DNA of 56,874 nt from a virus (IMGVR_UViG_3300020472_000030:1-56874), one strand, 5' to 3'; shown: positions 10,121 through 19,011, counted from the stretch's first letter. A program made the numbers and translations. The notes: generated from the sequence alone by a model not told the origin.

Positions 10121-10129
10121 ATAAGATAT

Positions 10130-10167
10130 ATTATACTAGAAAATAAGGGTTAAGTCAAGAAAAATTT
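10130..10167 (-). promoter_or_regulatory. sigma70-type phage promoter
   Basis: TTGACT-N17-TATAAT, 9 nt before ligase ATG. Confidence 0.8.
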
Positions 10168-10170
10168 AAA

Positions 10171-10479
10171 CTAATCAGGTAAATAAATTGATTTTATTAA
10201 GTCTTGAAAGTTTTCTTCAATTATTTGTTTCGACTCGGCTAAGGATAGTATCTCAGTGAGGGCACGAAACAGCTCTCTGGTGTTGTTAAAGTCGATGGGC
10301 ATTGCAATTCCATCAGGTGTAGGCTTCCATTCTTCATCAAAATCCATGTAATACTTCCTAAGATGAAGGTACTCAATACCACGAAAAGTACTAACGACCA
10401 CTCGTATTTGGGTTTGTTTTTCTTCGTCATAATGAATTACATGCTCATAGACTGCCGGTGCTTCATATATCTGTATCAT
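10171..10479 (-). CDS. PC4/p15-like ssDNA-binding protein
   Basis: FRGIEYLHLRKYY..EWKPTPDGI motif. Confidence 0.85.
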   Translation of the reverse strand: MIQIYEAPAVYEHVIHYDEEKQTQIRVVVSTFRGIEYLHLRKYYMDFDEEWKPTPDGIAMPIDFNNTRELFRALTEILSLAESKQIIEENFQDLIKSIYLPD

Positions 10480-10742
10480 ACTTCATTCTTCAATACAGAT
10501 GACAAGGGCACAACACTGGTCACATTCTTAGGTTTTAACAAACGATAAGAATCCGTATCCCAGCAAAACAACAGCAGGGTTTCTTCGGATTCTTTCGCTC
10601 GATTTTTCTTGCCTTTGATATACTCGGTGCTAAAGTCTAAGGTACATACATTGTACTTTAACTTCTTTGAGTTCTCACTACGATAGGTAATGATTGCATC
10701 ACCACAATCGTTGACAAGATTGGCTAGTTCGTCCTTTTTCAC
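10476..10742 (-). CDS. conserved T5-like hypothetical protein
   Basis: AGGAG RBS, GTG start; synteny with the T5 D-gene cluster. Confidence 0.75.
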   Translation of the reverse strand: MKKDELANLVNDCGDAIITYRSENSKKLKYNVCTLDFSTEYIKGKKNRAKESEETLLLFCWDTDSYRLLKPKNVTSVVPLSSVLKNEV

Positions 10743-10794
10743 GACGCTCCTTAGTCAGGTAGGTAAAATCTTTTACTGCCCTACACATTGGAGC

Positions 10795-10823
10795 AAAAAA
10801 TACCTCGGGGGTTTCACCCGAGG
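10795..10823 (-). terminator. rho-independent terminator
   Basis: CCTCGGG/CCCGAGG stem followed by T-run on minus strand. Confidence 0.75.
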
Positions 10824-10829
10824 GAAGCA

Positions 10830-11174
10830 CTAGTCAGCCATTAGGCCCGCAAAGTATTGTGCGGCTTTGCCAGTCATTTTGGATATAATATCCATGTCTG
10901 GCTCTAAGCCCTTGTCTGTAATAGCAGCTACTAATGAGTCTTGTGCTGCCTGCTTAGAAACTCGAGAGCCACCTGTAGAAGCTCCCCCATTCCCAGTTGC
11001 TTGAGCCTTTTTTACATAGACTCCAGCTTTTGTCAAAATCATACGAACCCCGTTTGGGCTTTCCTGAAGTTCGTCTGCTATTTCTTTTACTATCTCCATT
11101 GAAGTTTCAGGAGTTGGATCCTGTGCTTCATACATCTCTACGGCTTGCGCCTTTTTGTCGTCATCCCACGCCAT
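10830..11174 (-). CDS. T5 D3-like DNA-binding protein
   Basis: GAGG RBS before MAWDDDKK; SPNGVRMILTKAGVYVKK HTH-like segment; synteny. Confidence 0.75.
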   Translation of the reverse strand: MAWDDDKKAQAVEMYEAQDPTPETSMEIVKEIADELQESPNGVRMILTKAGVYVKKAQATGNGGASTGGSRVSKQAAQDSLVAAITDKGLEPDMDIISKMTGKAAQYFAGLMAD

Positions 11175-11250
11175 TTTGCGTTTTCCTCTTGTTTGTTGTT
11201 GCTGGAAATAAAATCGGTCGCCCATTGGTTTCCTCATTTTTAATAGTAGT

Positions 11251-11290
11251 ATTATCTCACGAATTAACGTTTGTGTCAAGAACTTTTTTT
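11251..11290 (-). promoter_or_regulatory. promoter, extended -10 class
   Basis: TTGACA-N17 with TGA-GATAAT. Confidence 0.7.
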
Positions 11291-11298
11291 GCTTTGCC

Positions 11299-11949
11299 CT
11301 AGATTTTTTCGAGATTAATTCCGTGTTCTTCTAGGTGAGTTAATTTTCCTAAATCACAGGCTAATGAGGCTGCATAATACCCACCTTTTACAAGTTCCTC
11401 GGTGTTTTCAAGTACATATATATAGTAACACTTACTTGAATACTTTTTCATGTAGTCTATTTCACCTGCTTCTTTTTCTACTAATGCAGGTGAATGATAA
11501 AAAGCAGACCAGACAGTTTCTCCTGCACTAAATTCTTCGGATACACATTGATCTGGTAAAAATGCATAACCTTTTCGATCTTCTATTGCAGCAGGTCGTG
11601 TTGGTACTCCTACTCTATCAAGGATACCTTTTACAAACCCTGCAGAACGATACATACTTTGAGAAATTTCAGAAATAGACTCGCCCCGTAGGTACGACTG
11701 TATTGCGTCTTTTATCTCTCCTATAGTTGCTCTTGTACCTTTTAGTTGTGCTTTTCGTTTGGCTTTGTACTCGTTTCGTTCATTAAACTCATCAAGAATT
11801 TTATTTAGACGGGTCGTGTTGTAGGAGATATTCAAAATCTCGCACGCTTCTTTTTTCGTTATTGGACGTTCCCCTGACAGCAGATTCATAACATGTTGAA
11901 TGTTTTCCTGTGTCAGTTTCTCGTGATCTTTCTTCTTCACTCTTGGCAA
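11299..11949 (-). CDS. T5 D2-like protein
   Basis: TKKEACEILNISYNTTRL HTH; synteny upstream of D3. Confidence 0.75.
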   Translation of the reverse strand: MPRVKKKDHEKLTQENIQHVMNLLSGERPITKKEACEILNISYNTTRLNKILDEFNERNEYKAKRKAQLKGTRATIGEIKDAIQSYLRGESISEISQSMYRSAGFVKGILDRVGVPTRPAAIEDRKGYAFLPDQCVSEEFSAGETVWSAFYHSPALVEKEAGEIDYMKKYSSKCYYIYVLENTEELVKGGYYAASLACDLGKLTHLEEHGINLEKI

Positions 11950-12226
11950 TTAATTCATCCTCCAATTTAAATAGTAAACAGCACATAGCATGAGCAAGGT
12001 GTGATAACCCCGTCTCTTCATCGTTTTCTTCCCCGTCTATATGTGCAAAGATATGCCTCAAAGCAGCACTTGTGTATCTGTTTTGTAGATCATCTACTTT
12101 ACGCCAATTTTCGGGATCGTACTTTTCCGCACCATAAGTAAGAACTTTTCCTACTTCTAATATGGATTTAGGAGGTAATAGGTACAACTTCGGTTTATCT
12201 CCATCATACTTTCTACCTTCGCTCAT
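11801..12226 (-). CDS. dATP/dGTP diphosphohydrolase-like protein (DUF5664 type)
   Basis: GRKYDGDK..L, YGAEKY..NW, RH, ETGLSHLAHA motifs. Confidence 0.85.
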   Translation of the reverse strand: MSEGRKYDGDKPKLYLLPPKSILEVGKVLTYGAEKYDPENWRKVDDLQNRYTSAALRHIFAHIDGEENDEETGLSHLAHAMCCLLFKLEDELIAKSEEERSRETDTGKHSTCYESAVRGTSNNEKRSVRDFEYLLQHDPSK

Positions 12227-12228
12227 GT

Positions 12229-12468
12229 TTACCCCCAAGGTAACAAGGTCATACCAATCATATTTAGTATAACCTCAATTAAAATAAAAAATATTAAGCC
12301 TACTCCTATCTGCCATGCCCACCACTTCCAGCCTTCTAAATTAGAAGCCCAAGTAGCTAATTTACTTTCTCTGGCTTTGTCATAGGCTCCACTCTTTTCA
12401 CCTATTCTTTCAGCCCAATAATTTGGACTAACTATGTTCTTTAGTCCTTTGAGTATTTTAACTATCAC
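12229..12468 (-). CDS. membrane protein
   Basis: C-terminal hydrophobic helix; coupled GTG start. Confidence 0.65.
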   Translation of the reverse strand: MIVKILKGLKNIVSPNYWAERIGEKSGAYDKARESKLATWASNLEGWKWWAWQIGVGLIFFILIEVILNMIGMTLLPWG

Positions 12469-12617
12469 CTTTTAGGCCGATACCAGTTTCTACATTGAAC
12501 CATATTATCAAATTCACCCGTTGAGACTCCCTGTCTGCAGGTTTCATTCAGTTCTTTATTGCCAGGCTCAAAAATTGCAACCACGGTTAAAACCCCAATA
12601 ATTATTAGATAATCCAT
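12465..12617 (-). CDS. 50-aa protein with N-terminal TM helix
   Basis: AAGGAG RBS; MDYLIIIGVLTVVAIFEPG...CRNWYRPKR; not in ORF track. Confidence 0.65.
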   Translation of the reverse strand: MDYLIIIGVLTVVAIFEPGNKELNETCRQGVSTGEFDNMVQCRNWYRPKR

Positions 12618-12632
12618 TTGTACTCCTTACTT

Positions 12633-13205
12633 TTACCGAGATATTCGTTGTTGGTAATCTGCTTCATCTTCACGCCACCAAGGTGGCTTGTCTCGGTACT
12701 TCCATGAAGCAAACGTTGCTTTATCTTTGTGATAAAATTTTCGGTATGATACTACTGCATCAACTCCTTTGAGTTCCTCAGGCATAGCTTGAGCGAAAGG
12801 TGTGAGTCCAATTCGTGGTATAGATAAGGGCTCGGGTAGCTTGAGTATGACGTCATGCACTGATCTATGGCTTTTACCGTATCGGTATCCATACTCATCA
12901 TTGAGTGCAGTTGCATAACAGTGTAACCACTCGAAATTATCCATGCTAGTACGACTCCAGATAGTACAAGGATGGTTGTGCATTGTAGGTAAGTAAGGGA
13001 AGTCCCTTGGCTCATTTTGTTTTTTCTCTCTTAATAAAGCTAACTGTTCCTTGGTCAGCTTCTTGGGTACATACCCTAAGTATTTATCAACCCACATATT
13101 TGTACAAAGCATTTGAGCCGCCTCTAAAGGCATTTTGACAATATGTTTGTCAACATGATACTCTGCACATCTATCATGGTTTTGGTCTAATATAAAGATA
13201 TTCAT
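12633..13205 (-). CDS. pyrimidine-dimer DNA glycosylase-like protein (DenV-related)
   Basis: MNIFILD..HVDKHIVKMPLEAAQML, HNHPCTIW, EYGYRYGKSH, FAQAMP. Confidence 0.8.
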   Translation of the reverse strand: MNIFILDQNHDRCAEYHVDKHIVKMPLEAAQMLCTNMWVDKYLGYVPKKLTKEQLALLREKKQNEPRDFPYLPTMHNHPCTIWSRTSMDNFEWLHCYATALNDEYGYRYGKSHRSVHDVILKLPEPLSIPRIGLTPFAQAMPEELKGVDAVVSYRKFYHKDKATFASWKYRDKPPWWREDEADYQQRISR

Positions 13206-13212
13206 AAGCTAC

Positions 13213-13689
13213 TTACTTTATTTCCTTAGCTTGACATGCCATTGCTTCAACCATAGGAAGTAAGTTTTTTGCAATTAAATTATGTTCCTTTAAAATATCA
13301 AGCGATACCATACGCATTGAACTTTGTTGCTCATAAATACGCTCTATAACTTTTTCCGTACAGACAGGCGAAGGTTCAATTTGATACGTGTCAGCTATTC
13401 GCTCCTTAATCTCTAATTCGTTAGCTACTGCTATTAGTTTCTTTTTTAGTGCAGCTCCTTTGGTTAATTGCTCTGATACTCTCCAATCTGTTACTTTCTG
13501 AATAAATTGAGTAATAGTAGAATGTTTTTCACCCATCTTTAAATGTCGTTGTACAAGATTCTGCTGTTCATAAGTCCATACTAACTTAAGCATTTCTTCC
13601 AGAGTTACTTTAGAGTAGCCTTCTCTCTCATTCTTTTGTGCGACTGTCAGTGCACCCAACAGTATGTTTAACGTCTCTTCGTGTTTCAC
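13213..13689 (-). CDS. hypothetical protein
   Basis: GGAG RBS, 158 aa. Confidence 0.65.
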   Translation of the reverse strand: MKHEETLNILLGALTVAQKNEREGYSKVTLEEMLKLVWTYEQQNLVQRHLKMGEKHSTITQFIQKVTDWRVSEQLTKGAALKKKLIAVANELEIKERIADTYQIEPSPVCTEKVIERIYEQQSSMRMVSLDILKEHNLIAKNLLPMVEAMACQAKEIK

Positions 13690-13749
13690 CGTGAAACTCC
13701 TTATAATAATTCCGTGAAAATTAGATTAAAAATTAATCTTTCAACATAT

Positions 13750-13787
13750 ATTATACGGTAAAATAACCTCAATGTCAAGAACTTTTG
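13750..13787 (-). promoter_or_regulatory. sigma70-type phage promoter
   Basis: GTTC-TTGACA-N17-TATAAT. Confidence 0.85.
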
Positions 13788-13809
13788 ATAAAGTGGGGGA
13801 GTAGTTTCT

Positions 13810-14484
13810 CTAGTTATTCTCTTTATCTACCGCTTTTCGAACAGTTGGAAAATGTGTTCCTATAACATCCCAGCACTTTTTAGCTATATTAGCGTGTTCT
13901 TGTTGTGTCCCATTAGCCGTTCTCAGCCCACAATAATGGATCCAACTACGTAATGTTCCCGCCATATAGAGAGTAGTACCTGTCATTCCTTCTGGTAATA
14001 CTGCTCTTGCTTGTTCTTTTGCGATACCTGCTTTTAAGGCTGCCTCATATGCTTCTCTAGCAGTTTGCAATACAGCCGCTTGATTCATAGAGAAGTCTTC
14101 ATTAACACGCCTATGGTACTCATCTTCATAGTCTAGTCCGATGCTGTTTTGTCTATTTTTTTCGTCTTGCAGGCGTGATTCTCGTATTTCAAACGTATCA
14201 CTTACAGCATAGCGCTGGCTAAACTCTTGAAAAGAAAAACTTCGGTGACGTACTATTTGGTGGGAAATATCTCTTGTGGTCTGAATCTCCATAGTAAGAG
14301 ATACCATCTCAAAAGGACTCCAATGTCCGTGTTTGATTAAGTACGCTAACAGCTGAGAGGCTGTCTTTTTATTGTTTTGGTTATTAGGATTACTTACTCT
14401 TGCACAGTAAGCTATAAATTCATCAGCCGAAGAACAGTCTGTAATTGCCGACGGCTTGCTTAGAGCTACTAAAGCTACATTCAT
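13810..14484 (-). CDS. thyX: flavin-dependent thymidylate synthase
   Basis: HWSPFE, RHRSFSFQEFSQRY, EQARAVLP. Confidence 0.97.
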   Translation of the reverse strand: MNVALVALSKPSAITDCSSADEFIAYCARVSNPNNQNNKKTASQLLAYLIKHGHWSPFEMVSLTMEIQTTRDISHQIVRHRSFSFQEFSQRYAVSDTFEIRESRLQDEKNRQNSIGLDYEDEYHRRVNEDFSMNQAAVLQTAREAYEAALKAGIAKEQARAVLPEGMTGTTLYMAGTLRSWIHYCGLRTANGTQQEHANIAKKCWDVIGTHFPTVRKAVDKENN

Positions 14485-14486
14485 TT

Positions 14487-14930
14487 TTATACATTTTCCA
14501 GTCTAGTCATTAATCTTTCAGCTCGTTTTCGTACTTGACGGTACCACTTAGAGTCTCGTCCTTCAACGGCTGCCCGTGCCCACATTCCTTCTTCTAGGGC
14601 TGCATTCATTTTAATAAATTTACTTAATCTGGGGCGACCCATATTAAACATCATATTTGCCAGGATCTGCTGGACTTCGTCGGGCCACTCATAGAACCTG
14701 TTTCCGTATAAAGTTCCACATTCGAGGATACAGGTTTCAATGTCTCTTTTGAGACACTCATCGACTCTTTCACTACTGACTGGCGTTCCAACTGGTCTGC
14801 CGTGTTCCTCGTCGTCTTTGAGGACAAGATGACCGACTCCAAACGTTGGATAGCCGAGATGGTCATTGTAGATTTCATGCATTACTCCTTCATCATACTT
14901 TAACTGTTCAATCAGTTTTTCTTTATTCAT
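14487..14930 (-). CDS. endolysin, GH24/T4-lysozyme family
   Basis: DEG..IYNDHLGYPTFGVGH (E-D-T triad), DSKWYRQV..RAERL. Confidence 0.92.
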   Translation of the reverse strand: MNKEKLIEQLKYDEGVMHEIYNDHLGYPTFGVGHLVLKDDEEHGRPVGTPVSSERVDECLKRDIETCILECGTLYGNRFYEWPDEVQQILANMMFNMGRPRLSKFIKMNAALEEGMWARAAVEGRDSKWYRQVRKRAERLMTRLENV

Positions 14931-15223
14931 TAATACACCTTAACTAAGTCCCAATTCATGGGCTCTTCAGATTTTATTTCTATTATCTGATTTTCATCAT
15001 CTTTGAACTTGATAAATTTCGGTTTCAAACTATAAAACTTTGAAGCTTTATAGTGCTTAGGTTCCCTACTATATATCTCATTACCTCTTTCATCAACTAC
15101 TTTAGAAGCAACAAAATAGATTGTCAACTTATATTCTTCATATATAAGTGTTTTCCACCAGCGTACTAGCCAGTTGTCTTTTACTTCATGTTCGATCTTT
15201 TCAAAATCTTCATCAACTATCAT
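14930..15223 (-). CDS. hypothetical protein
   Basis: Coupled ORF in lysis cluster. Confidence 0.65.
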   Translation of the reverse strand: MIVDEDFEKIEHEVKDNWLVRWWKTLIYEEYKLTIYFVASKVVDERGNEIYSREPKHYKASKFYSLKPKFIKFKDDENQIIEIKSEEPMNWDLVKVY

Positions 15224-15725
15224 TGCCGTCTCTGTTAAATATACTCAGAATTCCTGGCTTTTTCATTGACTCAACGTATTCTTGCTTATCAGGTGCTTGT
15301 TCCTGATCTGCTTGTAACGAGGCATTTTTCTCTAACCATTCGTCTGCTTCATCTGCTGCCTCGGTTGCTTTTCTGTAATAAAGTATAATCTCTTTCTGTT
15401 GTCGTATAAACCTACGAATCTCCTGTAGGTTGTAGGCCATTGCCTCGTATCCTGTTGGCGTAAGAGCAAATACTACAAACTCTCCACCTAATAATTTTTC
15501 TACCTTTTCTACTGACTCTTCGAAATTATTTTTGGTTATTACAAACCAATCTACATTTTCCATTTTAATTTCTTGAGGTAAAGGTGGTTGGTAGATATCC
15601 ATCTTTACTTCTTCTGTTATTACCTTTACTGGAGGCGGTGGTGTAAAATCTACTTTCGGAAGTATACTACATCCACTACTCAGTAGTATCGTAAGCGCGC
15701 TCACTAGCGGTATCGTCGGCTTCAT
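15213..15725 (-). CDS. putative o-spanin (lipoprotein)
   Basis: Signal peptide with lipobox-like LSSGC, Pro-rich segment; overlaps i-spanin 3' end. Confidence 0.7.
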   Translation of the reverse strand: MKPTIPLVSALTILLSSGCSILPKVDFTPPPPVKVITEEVKMDIYQPPLPQEIKMENVDWFVITKNNFEESVEKVEKLLGGEFVVFALTPTGYEAMAYNLQEIRRFIRQQKEIILYYRKATEAADEADEWLEKNASLQADQEQAPDKQEYVESMKKPGILSIFNRDGNDS

Positions 15726-16128
15726 CTAATTCCCTACTATCTTCTTCGACCTGGCGGAATACTCTATCCGTCCCTCTGTTAATCTTTGGCTCTATTTTCT
15801 CTGGATTAGAACGCGCCGATTGTGTTAAGTTATGCTTTTTAACCATACTCATATAACTGTTCTTATCAGCTTCTAAAGAGTTATTTCTTTGGGTTAAGTC
15901 GGCAAACGCTTGCGCCTGTGCTTTCATCTGCGTCTCCATCTTACGAATAGTTGCTTCGTTAGTCTGAGCGGCGGTCTGAAGTGCTACATTTTGTTGTGTT
16001 GCTGCTGCAATCTCCATTTGCTGTTGGTTGATGCGGTTATCCTTTTCATTTATTACTACTTTATGATAGGCAAAACCCGCACCCCCAACAACTAGGATGA
16101 TCGGAAGCAATTTAATCATTCCAAACAT
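15676..16128 (-). CDS. putative i-spanin
   Basis: N-terminal TM followed by long coiled coil. Confidence 0.7.
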   Translation of the reverse strand: MFGMIKLLPIILVVGGAGFAYHKVVINEKDNRINQQQMEIAAATQQNVALQTAAQTNEATIRKMETQMKAQAQAFADLTQRNNSLEADKNSYMSMVKKHNLTQSARSNPEKIEPKINRGTDRVFRQVEEDSRELDEADDTASERAYDTTE

Positions 16129-16142
16129 ACTATGTCCCTAAC

Positions 16143-16421
16143 TTACATAACTGTAAGCATTTTCTCGCCAGAGTACTTATCAAGGGTGCATATAACCTTC
16201 TGTTTCACGCCATCTTCATAGACACGAAACTCAACGTTCCATTCTCCTCCAAAACCTCTGATCTTCTTAAGTCGTGGACGTGCTCCATTGAACTCGTCTT
16301 GGACTAAAACTCTGCAACTGTTAAACGCTTTATTTTTATCAATTACTTTTGCGTTGGCGGGATGCGCGACTAGTAGGGCTAGGGTTCCTATTCCTATTAA
16401 GGATAGATACCTTTTCATCAT
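16143..16421 (-). CDS. secreted hypothetical protein
   Basis: AGGAG RBS; signal peptide ending PANA; two Cys. Confidence 0.7.
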   Translation of the reverse strand: MMKRYLSLIGIGTLALLVAHPANAKVIDKNKAFNSCRVLVQDEFNGARPRLKKIRGFGGEWNVEFRVYEDGVKQKVICTLDKYSGEKMLTVM

Positions 16422-16522
16422 AACTTACTCTCCTGTTAGCTTGGCATGGCAATGCCGTTTATGTTTTAGCCATACAACCTTTTATTTGCCCGATAAAAGG
16501 GTTTAAATATGACTTCAGAATT

Positions 16523-16672
16523 CTACTCGTCCTCTACGTCTAATTGTCCCGAGTCTACTAAATAATCTACTGCATGCTCTATTCCCGCACGTCTACCTAA
16601 AAAATACGAATGTAATCCACACCCAACCAGGCATAATGTAAATACTGCAAAAACTACTAATGATACTTCCAA
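16523..16672 (-). CDS. 49-aa membrane protein
   Basis: AAGGAG RBS, TTG start; MEVSLVVFAVFTLCLVGCG...GQLDVEDE; not in ORF track. Confidence 0.6.
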   Translation of the reverse strand: MEVSLVVFAVFTLCLVGCGLHSYFLGRRAGIEHAVDYLVDSGQLDVEDE

Positions 16673-16711
16673 TTTACTCTCCTTAAAGGTATGATTTATC
16701 CAGAATGTTAT

Positions 16712-16750
16712 ATTATATTCGAATTCACATAAAATGTCAAGAAAAATTTT
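16712..16750 (-). promoter_or_regulatory. sigma70-type promoter (divergent pair, left)
   Basis: TTTC-TTGACA-N17-TATAAT. Confidence 0.85.
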
Positions 16751-16763
16751 TAGAATGTGGACT

Positions 16764-16804
16764 AAAAAATAGTTCTTGACATGGAGGCTAACTTTTAGTA
16801 TAAT
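16764..16804 (+). promoter_or_regulatory. sigma70-type promoter (divergent pair, right)
   Basis: AAAAAATAGTTC-TTGACA-N17-TATAAT. Confidence 0.85.
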
Positions 16805-16810
16805 ATATGA

Positions 16811-16996
16811 ATGAGAAAATATAAGAAGAAACCTTGGACTATAAAAGAGCGTGGGATATTATCAAATTATTACTACCTCAGGTCTTTGGAAGAAATAATA
16901 CCACTTCTTCCTGGACGTACTCCAAATGCAATAAGAAAGCAAGTTTTATACTTGAGGAAAAGAGGATGGCCATTTAAGCGTGAAAGTAAAGGTTAG
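16811..16996 (+). CDS. small HTH/Myb-like DNA-binding protein
   Basis: WTIKE..L..YY...LLPGRTPNAIRKQ. Confidence 0.65.
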   Translation: MRKYKKKPWTIKERGILSNYYYLRSLEEIIPLLPGRTPNAIRKQVLYLRKRGWPFKRESKG

Positions 16997-17201
16997 AAAT
17001 AATAATGTGGAGAGCGCAGTACGCGTTTTTAAGAAAAAATGTAACGAGGTGTTGTTTGAGTACCGAGAGCGAGAGTATTACGAGAAACCAAGTGCAAAAA
17101 GACACAAAGCCAGACAATCTGCAAAAGCAAGAGAAAAGCGGAGACAAGAAAAGCAAGACATATTCCAAGGCAGAACAAAAAAATTCAAACCGAATTTTTA
17201 A
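16980..17201 (+). CDS. rpsU: ribosomal protein bS21
   Basis: V.VRNNNVESAVRVFKKK...YYEKPSAKR signature; GAGG RBS. Confidence 0.9.
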   Translation: MKVKVRNNNVESAVRVFKKKCNEVLFEYREREYYEKPSAKRHKARQSAKAREKRRQEKQDIFQGRTKKFKPNF

Positions 17202-17445
17202 GTCTGCTACACCGAAATACACGGTTGATTGGTATGTTAAGTGGTTTTCATCCGTAACTTTAATTTGTGCAATATCAATAAGATCAGCACAGTTTAATCC
17301 CCTATTAGACTTAATACTTTCATTCGTAGGAATGATAGGTTGGACATATGTGAGCATAGTATGGAAGGACAGAGCACTAATATTACTGAACGGAGTAGCA
17401 ACAGTACTACTCGCAACAGGGCTGTTGAGTCATTTCGCAGCGTGA
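17092..17445 (+). CDS. multi-TM membrane protein (start uncertain)
   Basis: DWYVKW..., WKDRALILLNGV; three hydrophobic helices; nearest start is GTG 17092. Confidence 0.65.
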   Translation: MQKDTKPDNLQKQEKSGDKKSKTYSKAEQKNSNRIFKSATPKYTVDWYVKWFSSVTLICAISIRSAQFNPLLDLILSFVGMIGWTYVSIVWKDRALILLNGVATVLLATGLLSHFAA

Positions 17446-17624
17446 GAAATTTATTTAATCGTAGTCGCAAGAAAGGCTGGAAAGAGCCTGACCCCGACGA
17501 GGTTTCCATAGACAACGCATATAAGACGCGTTGGGTATGGTATCACACAATTCTTGCACTAGAATTACTTATGGTAAATATACTACTAGTTGCAATACTT
17601 ATTGTGTTAGCAATTAAACTTTAG
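17442..17624 (+). CDS. membrane protein
   Basis: GTG overlapping upstream TGA; C-terminal TM. Confidence 0.65.
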   Translation: MRNLFNRSRKKGWKEPDPDEVSIDNAYKTRWVWYHTILALELLMVNILLVAILIVLAIKL

Positions 17625-17633
17625 GAGTAAAAC

Positions 17634-18014
17634 ATGGACGGAACTAACTTTGAATTAGTTGGCGATTTTATGGAATCAATGGATCAAGAGGTCCGTATAA
17701 AGCCATCTTTTCCAGACGAGGGGATACAAAGACTTAGGCTAGACTTAATAGAAGAAGAACTAGATGAGCTTCAATATGGTATTGATAACAAGAGTTTAAT
17801 AGAAGTTGCAGACGCACTTACTGATCTACTGTACGTTGTGTACGGAGCAGGACATGCATTTGGAATAGACTTAGATGATTGTTTTCACGAAGTACATCGA
17901 AGCAATTTGAGTAAGCTAGGTCCGGATTTCAAGCCAATAAAAAGGGAGGATGGGAAGGTTCTTAAACCTGCCACATACTCCCCGCCTGATCTTCGTACTG
18001 TGCTATCTCTCTGA
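17634..18014 (+). CDS. MazG-like/PRA-PH NTP pyrophosphohydrolase
   Basis: LIEEELDEL, EVADALTDLLYV, EVHRSNLSK, REDGKVLK. Confidence 0.9.
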   Translation: MDGTNFELVGDFMESMDQEVRIKPSFPDEGIQRLRLDLIEEELDELQYGIDNKSLIEVADALTDLLYVVYGAGHAFGIDLDDCFHEVHRSNLSKLGPDFKPIKREDGKVLKPATYSPPDLRTVLSL

Positions 18015-18458
18015 ATAGAACAAGTGATCGCCTATTGTCGTTTTATGACTATAGGCGGAAGCCCAGTAGGGATTTACTTTATTATTATGATACCAATAGA
18101 TATCATCATCTAGTACTGGTTTGTCCTTATTCTTTATTCTTACATATGCTATCATGTAGCATAGATTATATACTGCTGCTTGTGCCGGTTTATCACTTAA
18201 ACCGTCGCAAAACCAACTAAACTGACAGATCCACTTTCTTCCCTGTACTCGTTTTCGTTGTTCCACTACTGCACAAATTGTACTCGGCCAGCGCGAATCC
18301 TTTACCCGATTTAAAGTTACGTCGGCGACTGCGTACATGCCTTGCACTGATTGATTCCGTGCTTCCCAATAAATATTCTTCGCTAGACATTTCACTTCGT
18401 CTGCCATTACCCAAGTACTGCTCGCCATCAGTCCGATGGCTAGTATTACTCCTCTCAT
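18003..18458 (-). CDS. SleB-like cell wall hydrolase (Hydrolase_2)
   Basis: CLAKNIYWEAR, VTLNRV, CQFSW, IGDHLFY; signal peptide. Confidence 0.92.
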   Translation of the reverse strand: MRGVILAIGLMASSTWVMADEVKCLAKNIYWEARNQSVQGMYAVADVTLNRVKDSRWPSTICAVVEQRKRVQGRKWICQFSWFCDGLSDKPAQAAVYNLCYMIAYVRIKNKDKPVLDDDIYWYHNNKVNPYWASAYSHKTTIGDHLFYSER

Positions 18459-18482
18459 TTAAAGACTCCATTACAAGTTCAC

Positions 18483-18737
18483 TCACGTATTACTCTCTAT
18501 ATACTTCTCTACTGCTTTTAGAGTTATATCTGTTGTCATATCGTTGAGACGCATAATGGACACTTCAGGAATATAGCGATGACTGTAAGGTTGCATACTG
18601 CGTTTACATTGCTCCAGCTTTCCTGCTAGTACAGCCATTCTTTTCGTCTCAAACAGACCTACGATGTAGATATGATCTCCAAGTCCCCCATTTTTCATTA
18701 ACTCCCGCATAGTGGCTAAATAGAATTTATCATCCAT
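18483..18737 (-). CDS. hypothetical protein
   Basis: Coupled ORF. Confidence 0.55.
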   Translation of the reverse strand: MDDKFYLATMRELMKNGGLGDHIYIVGLFETKRMAVLAGKLEQCKRSMQPYSHRYIPEVSIMRLNDMTTDITLKAVEKYIESNT

Positions 18738-19011
18738 ATATTAACCTTTTGTAGCGGCGCGTTTTACTCGTGGTGAATTTGGCTTTCGCTTTGCACGATA
18801 GCTTCCGTGGGATACGATCTTTTTGCCGTCCCGTCTCATCTTGTTGATCTGATCTCGGGTCAGACCGTCCCGTATTAGTGTTTTCGACATGCTTTTTCCA
18901 CTCCAGTTTTCCATTTTCTACTAAGGATTTTGCGCTTGAGATTTGGTTTTCTATAGTCTCAAGCACAAATTCGTCATAACTTTTTTTCTTGCGCTTTCTA
19001 GGTCTTAACAC
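18730..19011 (-). CDS. basic hypothetical protein
   Basis: GTG start adjacent to upstream stop. Confidence 0.5.
   Translation of the reverse strand: MLRPRKRKKKSYDEFVLETIENQISSAKSLVENGKLEWKKHVENTNTGRSDPRSDQQDETGRQKDRIPRKLSCKAKAKFTTSKTRRYKRLIYG

Noticed and set aside
11175-11279. N-terminal extension of the D3-like protein from TTG 11279
   Set aside because: That TTG is the -35 box; the RBS-led ATG 11174 fits better, although ATG 11224 cannot be excluded
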